Origin: an uncultured virus (IMG/VR IMGVR_UViG_3300025915_000006) | Lineage: Duplodnaviria; Heunggongvirae; Uroviricota; Caudoviricetes | IMG/VR virus record: IMGVR_UViG_3300025915_000006 | Strand: one strand, 5' to 3' | Length of the DNA: 64,000 nt | Part shown: piece by piece, positions 17,424 through 26,736 of the stretch | Numbering within the stretch: position 1 is the stretch's first letter | How the letters are laid out: each line of letters opens with the position of its first letter | The notes under the pieces: model-generated | What the model was told of the DNA's origin: nothing | The model's database searches: none | Seen by the model: the letters and a program-made list of their open reading frames with translations, nothing else | Translations under genes and position numbers: made by a program

Positions 17424-18206
17424 TCATGCGAACATCCGTTCCTGTCGTTGCGCGTTTTCGACCTTCTCGCACGCAATGTTGAAATGCTCGCTGTCGATCT
17501 CGATGCCGATGAACTTGCGGCCCATCGGAATGACGGCCTCGCCTACCCAGCCGCGCCCCATGAACGGATCAAGGACCGTGTCGCCGGAAATTGTGTGCAG
17601 CCTCGCGAAGTGCGCGGCCAGTGCCGGCGGCTTCGGCGTGGGATGATCGTCGGCGCTTGGGATGATCTTGCGAATGCCGTATTGACCGGGGCGGATGATG
17701 TTTTCGACGGTATTCGTCTCGTCGTACCACTTCGAGCCGCCGCGCTTTTCTGCAACGAGGACCGTTTCGTATGAGCGCCTGTAATGCCAGCCCATCCCCA
17801 TCGGCCCTTTGTCCCACACGATCATCTGCTTGAAGTCGAAGACATCATCGAGCCATAGCGACCAGCGCGCGAATTGTGGGTCCGGTCCGCCGCCGCCGCA
17901 GCAGCAGCAGCAGCAGCAGCAGCCTTTAGAAGCGAGCAGTCGATTTAGTTCCGGCAGCGTCGCGCGAAAGAGATCGTTCGCCTCTGCGCCGTCGTTGGCG
18001 ATTGGTCGCCCCACCGGTGGATTCTCACCGGCGGGAAGGCGACCGAGGGCGGCTTCCCACCGGTGGATCAGGTCGCCATCGTTGTTGCTGTGACCGTAGG
18101 GCGGATCGGTCATGATCATGTGGATAGAGGTAGATGCGAGCGTCGGCAGTATTTCGAGGCAATCGCCTAGATACAGCGTCGCGTCGCCAATGACTACTGG
18201 CGTCAC
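17424..18206 (-). CDS. DNA N6-A/N4-C methyltransferase (beta class) with a Cys8-Gly4 tract
   Basis: GDCLE, TDPPY, HPTPKP, VLDPFMGRG, FIGIEID; GTG start at 18206. Confidence 0.9.
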   Translation of the reverse strand: MTPVVIGDATLYLGDCLEILPTLASTSIHMIMTDPPYGHSNNDGDLIHRWEAALGRLPAGENPPVGRPIANDGAEANDLFRATLPELNRLLASKGCCCCCCCCGGGGPDPQFARWSLWLDDVFDFKQMIVWDKGPMGMGWHYRRSYETVLVAEKRGGSKWYDETNTVENIIRPGQYGIRKIIPSADDHPTPKPPALAAHFARLHTISGDTVLDPFMGRGWVGEAVIPMGRKFIGIEIDSEHFNIACEKVENAQRQERMFA

Positions 18207-18499
18207 TCGAAAAGCCCCATCTGGCTCGGCATCAACCGAACGGGACATCCCGATTTCCCATACTTGCATTTACGGATCGGCAGTTCTTCCAGCGCGCCGA
18301 TCTTCAGCAAGCGGTTTATCCTGCCGCACACGCTCTGCAATGAGATGCCGGATTCGGTCGCTATCTCTAACCTCGTGAAATCGCGATGAGCATTGCGTGC
18401 GAGAAAGCGGATGATTTCCCGCTCGCGATCCTGCAGGCTCGGCTCTATCGCGTGATACGCGCGCAAGCTCGATTCGCGGATGTTCGTGGCCGTTCTCAT
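18203..18499 (-). CDS. Winged-HTH DNA-binding protein
   Basis: TRLEIATESGISLQSVCGRINRL. Confidence 0.7.
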   Translation of the reverse strand: MRTATNIRESSLRAYHAIEPSLQDREREIIRFLARNAHRDFTRLEIATESGISLQSVCGRINRLLKIGALEELPIRKCKYGKSGCPVRLMPSQMGLFE

Positions 18500-18753
18500 G
18501 CCGCAGTCCTGTACGGGAGCGCTGGCGGATGACGGTAGTCGCGCAACGGATCGGAGACGAATCGACCGCGCTCGTTCCGTAGGTGAACGGTATAGTTGTC
18601 GTGAATTTGATCGGAGTCGTACGTCTCGCGAGCTTCGTTGAGCAACGCAACCATCCTTTCCTGCCATTCGTCAGGCATCCCGCACAAAAGGGCGCGCGGA
18701 ACGACGAGGTAGGAGGCGTACGACAGGCCGAACCAGTCCCACATCGCGCTCAC
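18496..18753 (-). CDS. Hypothetical phage protein
   Basis: WFGLSYASYLVVPR..MPDEWQ; coupled on both sides. Confidence 0.65.
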   Translation of the reverse strand: MSAMWDWFGLSYASYLVVPRALLCGMPDEWQERMVALLNEARETYDSDQIHDNYTVHLRNERGRFVSDPLRDYRHPPALPYRTAA

Positions 18754-19307
18754 GCCGCTTCCTTGGGTGCCGCGAGCGCGCGGATAACGTCGTCGACAGA
18801 CCTCGCGATGAACGCGACGCCACCGGAACGGTCTACCAAGCCGAGGAATTCAATTTGCGCTTGCGTCGGCTGACCGCCGGGACGTTTCACTTCAACCGCC
18901 AGGAAACGTCCGTCGCGCAGCATGCCGATGATGTCGGACAGTCCCTTGAATCCGGCTTTCACGTAGCGGTCGACGCCCTTGTATTGCAGGGTCTGCGACA
19001 TTACGTTCATGCGTTCCGCCCACGCCACCATCGGATGTATCCGCAGGGCGACTAGAACCGCTTTCAGGACCGCGGATTCTGGCGTCGGCACCTGCACCAG
19101 TTTCGCGGGTGCTGGGCTGCGCGTAACGTCTACAGACGCCTTGCAGGACGATGTGCCGACAGCGTCGAGCGTGACGACCTCCACGTTGGAATTCCCGTTC
19201 CACGTTGCCGCCATTTCCGTCTTCTGCGCTTGCGTTACGCGGCCGATTTGCGTGACGCGACGGCGCTCGTACGCTTCGTATTGTTCGGGCGTGAAGCGGA
19301 GTGTCAT
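18750..19307 (-). CDS. VRR-NUC domain nuclease
   Basis: GLSDIIG..GRFLAVEVKRPGGQPTQAQIEFL. Confidence 0.85.
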   Translation of the reverse strand: MTLRFTPEQYEAYERRRVTQIGRVTQAQKTEMAATWNGNSNVEVVTLDAVGTSSCKASVDVTRSPAPAKLVQVPTPESAVLKAVLVALRIHPMVAWAERMNVMSQTLQYKGVDRYVKAGFKGLSDIIGMLRDGRFLAVEVKRPGGQPTQAQIEFLGLVDRSGGVAFIARSVDDVIRALAAPKEAA

Positions 19308-19978
19308 ACGTTGCTCTCGAACGCTTCCATCGCCGTCGGAACGAACGGGCGAATCAGCGTAACGATCGCCTCGGCGTACACGCGAATTTCATATTGGGCG
19401 TGAGCGTGCAGGCGCAGCGACAGGAAGTGAAACAGGTTCCGCAGATCGACAGTAGCGAAGAAATGCGTGTACGTCGCGACCGGTAATACCGATCGCGCCA
19501 ACTCGCGCGGGCAGCCGACGTCGAGCAATGACCTATAGCACTTAAACGCTTGTTCGCACTGCAATCGCAGGATTCCCGCGATTTCTTCCGCATGCGGATG
19601 TTGATTGTCGGTCCGCATCTGCTTGTTGCCAGCGGCCTGCGTCGTGACCTTATCAAGTGTCGGAACGTAGAATTCCTCCGGCAGTTCTGCGTAGCGGGCG
19701 CTGACCTCGTTGTAGGCCCAAGTGCGATGTCGATGCCACTGGCGAGCAACGAAGATGGGGCACTTGATGTCAAAGGTGAACTGCACGGCCTCGAATGGGC
19801 TGGTATGCCGGTTCCTCCACAGATAGTGGATCAGTTTGGCGTCCTTGCCTTCATCGTCGCCCGTACGCCATTGGGCGTCATAACTTACGCGCGCGTTGCG
19901 GACGATGGAAAGATCGTTGCCCATGCGCTCGACGAGGCGAACATGGCCGTGATCCAGAACGCTGACGCTATCTGTCAC
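19304..19978 (-). CDS. thyX: FAD-dependent thymidylate synthase
   Basis: ARVSY, HTSPFE, RHRX7S signature (RHRTWAYNEVS), ELARSVLP, HAQYEIR. Confidence 0.95.
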   Translation of the reverse strand: MTDSVSVLDHGHVRLVERMGNDLSIVRNARVSYDAQWRTGDDEGKDAKLIHYLWRNRHTSPFEAVQFTFDIKCPIFVARQWHRHRTWAYNEVSARYAELPEEFYVPTLDKVTTQAAGNKQMRTDNQHPHAEEIAGILRLQCEQAFKCYRSLLDVGCPRELARSVLPVATYTHFFATVDLRNLFHFLSLRLHAHAQYEIRVYAEAIVTLIRPFVPTAMEAFESNV

Positions 19979-20195
19979 CCTGATGCTCCGTGTTTGTGAT
20001 CTCGCGCATCAGATACCAGACGGCCTTGCGCAAATCCTCGCTCGCCTCGCCCTTTTTGCCCGAGCGCGCGATGTATTTCACCGCGTTGCCAAGATTGAAT
20101 CCAAGACGCCACGCTTCGATGACCTTGATCGCCTCATAGGGATTGGCCTCGCCACCGTAGTGCTGTGGATGATTGACCGTCTCGCGGTGCGTCAT
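19968..20195 (-). CDS. DUF3310 (SaV-like) protein
   Basis: VNHPQHY, FNLGNAVKYIARSGKK, EDLRKAVWYL. Confidence 0.9.
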   Translation of the reverse strand: MTHRETVNHPQHYGGEANPYEAIKVIEAWRLGFNLGNAVKYIARSGKKGEASEDLRKAVWYLMREITNTEHQGDR

Positions 20196-21046
20196 ACGTC
20201 CTCGCTCACCATGCCAGCGATGTAGTCGTATTCGTCGGCGGTACACGGCACTAGAAAGACGTACTGCTTCCCGGTGTCACTGACCAGCGCCGGATGTAGC
20301 CATTCAGGAATAATCCATTCGATATTCATGTCGTCGGCGTCCCCGAGCCCACATTCGCATCCGTTGATTCCGTGGCGCGCTGTCGCGTGCCTTCGGCGAG
20401 AGCGATAGCGTCCTGCGCTGCGGATAGCGACGCGCGTTGCCGCGTCCAATGCCATTCGGGCCAAGTCGGGTCCGACAGTTCGCGCAGCGCCACAAGCAGC
20501 TTCGGCGCGGCAGCGTTCAGGCGAAGGACGGCCTGAATTTCTTCTGGCGATTGGCCCACTAAGGCACCCACTCTGTTAATGAGCGCCTTCGCGAAAGATG
20601 ACATCGGCGGCATCGGTGGCGCAGGTGGCGGCGATGGACGAGGGCCGGCTGGAGCCGGGTTGGGATGCTTTCTCATTCGGGCATTGCTAACTTGTAGAGG
20701 ATGGCGATCGTTGCCCAATAGGCGCCTTCGGCATAGTCGTGACTAATCCCGGCGCGTACCGCGAAGAATCCGCTGACCGCGAGGCCGACGAGCAACAGGA
20801 AGCCCCACGCCAACTTGAGCGCGAACTTCATTACCGACGCTTCTCCGACATCACCGCATCAAATCCCCATAGCAGGAAGATTGCCCATACGATGGCCCAT
20901 GACAGACAGGTGAGGAGTTCCAGAGGAATGCTCATGGCGTTTCGCTCCGAAGTCAGTTTGCTGTTTCGTTTGGTTGCAATCACGCAGCCCACATGAAGCG
21001 TTCTTTGAGGTTCTTCCACTGCAACCACAGTCGTACAAGAAGAGGG

Positions 21047-21119
21047 TCAGCGAGCGGATTTACACCGCCGTACGGCCCGGAGGGAGTGTCCGTTACGCCC
21101 GCATGGCGCACGTCGCTGA
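21047..21119 (-). ncRNA. 73-nt non-canonical tRNA-like cloverleaf
   Basis: Stems TCAGCGA/TCGCTGA, GCGCC/GGCGT, CGGA-CACTCCC-TCCG and GCGG-TGTAAAT-CCGC; intergenic. Confidence 0.55.
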
Positions 21120-21122
21120 TAG

Positions 21123-21509
21123 TCAAATGCATACTTCCTCCACTTGGCCGGCGTCTTCAGTGGACAGGTCACCATCCGTTGATTCCGTCGCTGGCGTGCC
21201 TTCGTCATGGACGGCAGCGCGAAGCGAAGCAGCTACCGCACGCAGCATCGCGGAGACCTCTTCCTTGGTGCGTCCAGGCGTGTCGTTCCATTTCCAGATA
21301 GCGGAGTAGTCGACGCCTTGACCACCGAGTGAACGGATGAGCGCTTGATACGCCACAACCTGCGCGTAGCCGTTAATCGCGCCGACGTGAGCAATGGCCG
21401 TTATCGCGCAATGGCCGTGCAGCGAACTGAAGTGTTCCGATCCGTTGCCTTGCGCCCAAGCCGTATCCACTGCAGAAGCGGCGCGCTCCAGAATGTCGGC
21501 GCCTGTCAT
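21123..21509 (-). CDS. Hypothetical protein (DUF6197-like)
   Basis: ILERAA..WAQG..CAITAI..WNDTPGRTKEEV. Confidence 0.65.
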   Translation of the reverse strand: MTGADILERAASAVDTAWAQGNGSEHFSSLHGHCAITAIAHVGAINGYAQVVAYQALIRSLGGQGVDYSAIWKWNDTPGRTKEEVSAMLRAVAASLRAAVHDEGTPATESTDGDLSTEDAGQVEEVCI

Positions 21510-21895
21510 GCGCATACAGCCTCCCGCTTGGCAGGCTCGCGCGCTTTCAGCATCGCCGCCGCGGTCCGCATGGCCGCGGTCATTTCCGCCTTGGTCCGTT
21601 CCGGTCGATCGTTGAAGCAGTAGACGATGACGCAGTTGATCGAGTGACTGTCGGCGTCGGTGTAGTCGAAGTAGTCCGGCGGCGGCTCGGCAATGACTTC
21701 CGCAAGGGCTTGCACAGCGGGCGTTGCGTGTCGGCTTGCGCTATGCCAGTCGTCGCGCGCTCGCCCGTCGGCCAGGGCTATGGCTTCCAGCGCGCACAGG
21801 GACTTGGCGTCGAACAGATGGCCCGGTCCCTCGTTGGAATGGCCGCGCAGGTCCATCAGGGCAGCTGCGCAGTTCAGAACGTTGATCGGGCTCAT
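21506..21895 (-). CDS. Hypothetical protein (DUF6197-like paralog)
   Basis: VLNCAA..CALEAI..FNDRPERTKAEM. Confidence 0.6.
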   Translation of the reverse strand: MSPINVLNCAAALMDLRGHSNEGPGHLFDAKSLCALEAIALADGRARDDWHSASRHATPAVQALAEVIAEPPPDYFDYTDADSHSINCVIVYCFNDRPERTKAEMTAAMRTAAAMLKAREPAKREAVCA

Positions 21896-22161
21896 GCTTT
21901 TCGCTCCGCTATCTGCACGTCGTTACGCTTGGCCACGTTCACTCCGAACCAATGGAATGAAGTGTTTTCGGGTTGCAGCCGGCAGAGGGTGATCGCCCCT
22001 GCCGACTGCGAGCGAGCCGGAGTCATCACACTCGATTCGCTGTGCTGCTCGGGAAATGCCGTTGGCATTGGACGACCGTTCGCTAGGTAAGAAATCCCGG
22101 AAATTTGTTCCCGTGTACAAGGGCGTAAGTCCGTCTTTTACCGATTGCAGACTAAATTTTT

Positions 22162-22566
22162 TTAGGCGACAGCCTTGATGCCGCCGGCGAGCGTCAGCCG
22201 TTCCAGCCGCGCGGCGATCTTCTGCGCCACCCTTACCGATTCGATGTAGTCGCGCATCAGCTTGGCTTGCTCGTCGTGAGGCTCCAGTGGTTCCGGTGCT
22301 CTGTACCCGCATTCGTCCGCAATGAAGTGCATGGCGCCGTGATACCCAGCCTCGCGCGCCATACGCAGCACGAACAGCAGCTCGGCAAGGGAAAACTTCT
22401 CGGCGCGATCCGGGTTGATGCAGTCGTTCACCCGGTTTTCCGCTTCCTTCAGCGGCTTCGCCGGCCACAGCATGGGTCCGACCTTCTTCGATCCGCCGGC
22501 CGCACGCACGGCATCGCGCAGCGCGTCCTCGATGGATTCATGGATCAGTTCAGGTTGAAACGCCAT
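22162..22566 (-). CDS. CII-like regulator
   Basis: Downstream of cro; GGSKKVGPMLWP, CINPDRAEKFSLAELL. Confidence 0.65.
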   Translation of the reverse strand: MAFQPELIHESIEDALRDAVRAAGGSKKVGPMLWPAKPLKEAENRVNDCINPDRAEKFSLAELLFVLRMAREAGYHGAMHFIADECGYRAPEPLEPHDEQAKLMRDYIESVRVAQKIAARLERLTLAGGIKAVA

Positions 22567-22832
22567 GTCCGTGAACATCCGTATAAAACGTACTTAGACG
22601 TAAAGACAAAAACGGCGAAAAAAAGAGATTCTGCGGGGCATGCGCAATCCACTGCTGGTCACATGGCGCAAGCTATTCAAGCGTCCCGCGCCACCGCTCG
22701 TCTTAAGCTCGACGCTGCCGCCGTACAAGCCGAGGCGGCGAAAGACGGATAAGTGGAAGTCGTGACGACGATCCTGCTGATCCTTGTTGCGCTGCTGGTA
22801 TGCGCGGTCATGCTGCGGTTGTTTGGCCATGA

Positions 22833-23096
22833 CTAGCCGCCCTGCTGCTGCTTGCGGATGTGCCATGCGGCCTGTTGGCGCATGGGCGCGACGTAGGGAA
22901 CGCGCAGGCGGTCATCGGCGCGCAACGCGCCGCTGGTGATGACCTCAAGCTGGAACTGATAGGCGTCGGGGATGGTGAAGACCTTTTCGCCGCGCGCACC
23001 CTTGCCCCACAGGGAAACGGTCGATTGGGTAACGCCGAGCGCGCGGGCGAGATTCGCCTGCGTGCCGAAAACGCTTAGGGCCTCGTCGTATGTCAT
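22833..23096 (-). CDS. cro: Cro-like HTH repressor
   Basis: FGTQANLARALGVTQSTVSLW..IP..Q; divergent from cI. Confidence 0.85.
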   Translation of the reverse strand: MTYDEALSVFGTQANLARALGVTQSTVSLWGKGARGEKVFTIPDAYQFQLEVITSGALRADDRLRVPYVAPMRQQAAWHIRKQQQGG

Positions 23097-23102
23097 GCCG
23101 CT

Positions 23103-23131
23103 ACTTTAGCGCGTTCATATGAGAGAGTCAA
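23103..23131 (-). promoter_or_regulatory. pR-like sigma70 promoter (leaderless cro)
   Basis: TTGACT-17 bp-TAAAGT; only 6 nt between the -10 and the cro ATG. Confidence 0.75.
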
Positions 23132-23148
23132 ACGTTTTCGCGCGCAGG

Positions 23149-23562
23149 ATGGACGACATGCCTGCCACCCATCGGTTTGTCGACGCGAACTCGCTTGCCG
23201 GCCGCGTCATCCGGGAACGGAAGCGGCTCGGATGGAGTCAACAGGAATTAGCGAAGCAGGCGGCTGTTAACCAAGGGACGCTCTCTCTGATCGAGCAGGG
23301 CGAAACCCTCAATCCCTCCGGGCGCGTGCTGGTGAACCTGGCCGTCGCGCTCGGCATCACGGCCCGCTACCTCATGGAAGGTCCGCACGAAGGCGGCACC
23401 GACGATCTCCAGACCATGCGTGATTTATGGGACGCCATGTCCGCCGAACTGCGCTCCGCGTGGATCGCCGTCGGCAGGGCGATGCTGCGCGAGCGACCCG
23501 CCAACGGCGATTCTCCGCGCCCGCGCTCACCGAAGCCCACGAAACCCTCGCGGCCCCACTGA
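23149..23562 (+). CDS. CI-like XRE repressor lacking an S24 peptidase domain
   Basis: RKRLGWSQQELAKQAAVNQGTLSLIEQG..LAVALGIT; short C-terminus. Confidence 0.85.
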   Translation: MDDMPATHRFVDANSLAGRVIRERKRLGWSQQELAKQAAVNQGTLSLIEQGETLNPSGRVLVNLAVALGITARYLMEGPHEGGTDDLQTMRDLWDAMSAELRSAWIAVGRAMLRERPANGDSPRPRSPKPTKPSRPH

Positions 23563-23597
23563 AATACCACACCCGCAAATTTTTTTGCTCCGGTGTA

Positions 23598-23626
23598 TTG
23601 ATTCTCCGATATGAGCGTGCTAAAGT
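23598..23626 (+). promoter_or_regulatory. pL-like sigma70 promoter
   Basis: TTGATT-17 bp-TAAAGT, a near copy of pR. Confidence 0.75.
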
Positions 23627-23789
23627 CTCACTTACGCGCTCAACTCACCGAGCGCCCAGCAAGGCGGATAGCAGGAGGCCGACCGAGGAAGAACGCGACG
23701 CAGACCATACGCGCCGCGCACGCCACCGAGGCCCGCACAACCCTTCCGGACAGGCGCCGGACGAAGCCGAGCGATTACAGGAGAGAAGG

Positions 23790-26312
23790 ATGGAGCGCGA
23801 CGAATACAGCGAATTGGCTTATCAGCGCGATCTGGTCGCCTACGAAGCGCTCGGCATTCTGCGCAGCGTCTACGAAAGCGGTGATTTGCCGAAGCACACG
23901 ACGGCTGGAGACGTCATTGCGCGGTACGACGCACTCACCGCTGCGCTCAACGAGACGACAGCATGAGACTCATCGCAGCGGTCATCGTCGTCGCATGCAT
24001 CGCGGTCGGTGCTGTGTATGCCGAGCGTCAGGCAACGGCAGCGTTTGCGCATGCCGTAGCAGTGCATCGGATGGCAGGGGGTTAAGTCATGCCACGCAAG
24101 CCCAAGCAGCAGGAGTCGGAGCCGGTTTACGAAGACGTGCTGGAGCAACAGGAAGCCGAGCGCGAGTTCATGAACAAGCTGGATATTTACGAAGCGTTCC
24201 GGCGCGATCAGGAGAAGGACGAATGACAAACCTTGATCCATTAGAGCGAGTCAACACGGGCAAGCGAGACAGCGTGCGTGCCTCGATGCAAACGATGCGC
24301 GCGTCGCCGGTTCAGGTCATCGGCGGCGTTTGGGATGGCTGCTTAATCCGCACTGCGCGCAAAGCCGGGCGTTGCGATTACTCGCGCGGATTCAAAGATG
24401 ATCGGCCGGCATCAGAAAACGGACGCTGCCCGAATCGCATCAACATTGGCGACAGATACCTGGAAGGCGAGTGGAATGACGAGGCCGGCGGCTTCGCGCA
24501 CGACCGCTACTGCATGCAATGCGCAGGACCGGAAGCACGCGCTGCGCTCGCCAAGACTGAGGAAAGGTGAATGCGCGAACTCGCGCCCTACCTCTGGTAT
24601 CTGGCCGGCTCGCTTTGTTTCGCCATCGGGACACTCATCGTTATCTATAGGCAGATCAGACCATGAGCGTCACAGTTCAGATCGGACAGATATGGCACGA
24701 CCGCGACAAGCGTATGTGGAACGGCAACCGACATTGCAAAGTTATCGCCATTAACGGTGCTAAGGCGGAAATGGTTCAGTGCAGGGCGGACGGCGCGTCC
24801 CTTAGTGACCGCATCGTTCGCGTGTCGCTGCGTCGTCTTGCGCGCCAGATCGGATGGAAACTCACATGAGCATCGAATCAGCCGAAGCGTACCGCGATCA
24901 GCTTCACGACCTCGCGGATTCTTACACGCTCGCGGAAGAACGCGAGATAGACGCCATGACGCTTGAACTCGCTACTAAAGCGTTCGACCGCATGGACAAG
25001 GAAGCGTTGCTCGACGAATGGCTGGAGCGGCATAGCGAGGACTATCGGCTCGCTGCCATCGACCAGTTGGGATGGCTTTAGGAGATATGAAAATGGATGC
25101 GCGTCAATTCGGGAAGAACCCCACGCCTCTAAATGCTGTACTTCTCGCCATCGCGGATCACAAAGCGTTCAACGACGGCGCGTTCATCGACTGGCAATAC
25201 GTGCGCGCTCTGCAAGATGCTGCAACGGTCCTGCGAACGATGGTACTCGCACGCGACGAAGCAGAGGCTGCGTAATGGACATGATCTACGACGAACTAAA
25301 CCGCGTACTGGATAGCGCTGGGGTGCCGCGGATCGTCAGAGAGCGGTGTTTTCAGTGCGGAGGCGCCGGGATCGTTCCACGTTGGCATGAAGGCGAGCAG
25401 CTGGCGATGATCGAACGCTGTTCGGCGTGCGGTGGTTGTAAGACGATTACTCGGGAGGTTGCATGAACATCGAACGATTGCAAGCACTGGCGTCGCGGCT
25501 GCGGACGGTTGATCCGGCGAAGTTCACGCTCCGCGGTTGGCGTCAGGCCGACGGCTCGCGCTGCACAAGCTGCCTCGCATCGGAAATGCCCGAATTCGCT
25601 CTCCTCGGATACGGTGAGGATGAAAACACTTGGCCCGCCTATCGCGATCAAAAGGGCATCGGCGCCTTCCGCTTATTTTTCGGCTTCGAGGACGCGTGTG
25701 ATCTGCGCTGGGAGCCGCTCGTCGCGTCGCATAGCGATGCGCCGCCATCTGTCATTGCTGATCGTATAGACAGCATGATCGCTGCGGAGTTGCGCAGTCG
25801 CGGCGAGTCGCTTGTAACGAAGTCAACGGTTGTTTCGAGTGATTGCGTTGACGCAGCCCAAATGGAACAGGTGCCGGTATGAACGACGAGCGCGACGACG
25901 GCGGTCAGGCATTCCCTACCACCTTCGACCGATGCAACGGCGTGGCCGGAATGACACTGCGTGATTACTTCGCGGCTAAGGCGTTGCCGGAACTGATCGA
26001 CAAGGTCGTGCTGCGCGATCAAGAAACTGGCATGCCGCAAGCGGTTGTGACTGAAGTGCAAGAAAAGATCGCTCGCGGCGCCTACGCCTACGCCGACGCC
26101 ATGCTTGCGGAGCGCGAGAAATGAGCCTGCGCCTCGTATCCAGCGATGACGAGCCCACCTACGCCGTGCATCGTAATCAGTTTGCCGCGCGATCCAGTGG
26201 CCTCAACATCGGTTATTTCGACGACAGCCCGTGGTTTACCAGACGGATATGGCGATGGACAGCTATAGCAGTGATGGTGCTGTCTTTGGTGGGGCTGGGG
26301 ATTATTTACTGA
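23790..26312 (+). other. Run of small coupled early-left hypothetical CDSs (e.g. 23790-23966, 24223-24570, 24663-24869, 24866-25081, 25087-25275, 25275-25466, 25463-25882, 25879-26124, 26121-26312)
   Basis: Head-to-tail ORFs with ATGA/TAATG overlaps and RBSs. 25879-26124 has the common DGGxAFP..GMTLRDYFAAKA motif. Confidence 0.65.
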
Positions 26313-26384
26313 ACAGCAATTCGATCCATTTGGCAGTGTCAATGCAATCAAGCGAAACATCGTGCAGAACTTGAAACGAACAAC

Positions 26385-26602
26385 GAGCGGCGGCGTGGAA
26401 GGACACGCAAGTAAGTGTGAGGTCGGCCGGGGTTACTACCGGGTAGCTGCGATGCAAAGCCGAGCGACGGGCGGAAGTCCAGTGGGCGCTGAATTCGGCG
26501 GCAAAGCGGTCCGGCACACTGCGGAAGACAGGGCCCATCTGACTGTGGGGCTGCGCTCACTGCCGAAGGCCCCCGTAGCCGGTATCAAGCCCGGCCCGCT
26601 CA
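26385..26602 (+). ncRNA. tRNA-like RNA with a ~170-nt structured insert
   Basis: GAGCGG/CCGCTC closing stem, GCGT-GGAAGGAC-ACGC D-like arm, GCCGG-TATCAAGC-CCGGC T-like arm; intergenic. Confidence 0.65.
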
Positions 26603-26736
26603 CCCCATGAACGACGAATACCCAACTGACGCAGCATGGCACGAACTGCAATTACAGGAGCAAGAATGGCTTGCGGACGAGGCCGCGCAAGTCGAGTACC
26701 TAAGCTGGCTGGCCTCAATTCACAGGACGCACGAAA

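Noticed and set aside
17809..18093. Poly-Gln plus-strand ORF
   Set aside because: It is the antisense reading of the methylase TGC tract.
23611..24570. Single 319-aa gene
   Set aside because: It starts inside pL; smaller ORFs with RBSs tile the region, and only 24223-24570 of this frame looks real.
26385..26607. tmRNA or canonical intron-containing tRNA
   Set aside because: No Ala-type GGGG..CCACCA ends or G3-U70 pair, no tag frame seen, and the T-loop is non-canonical.
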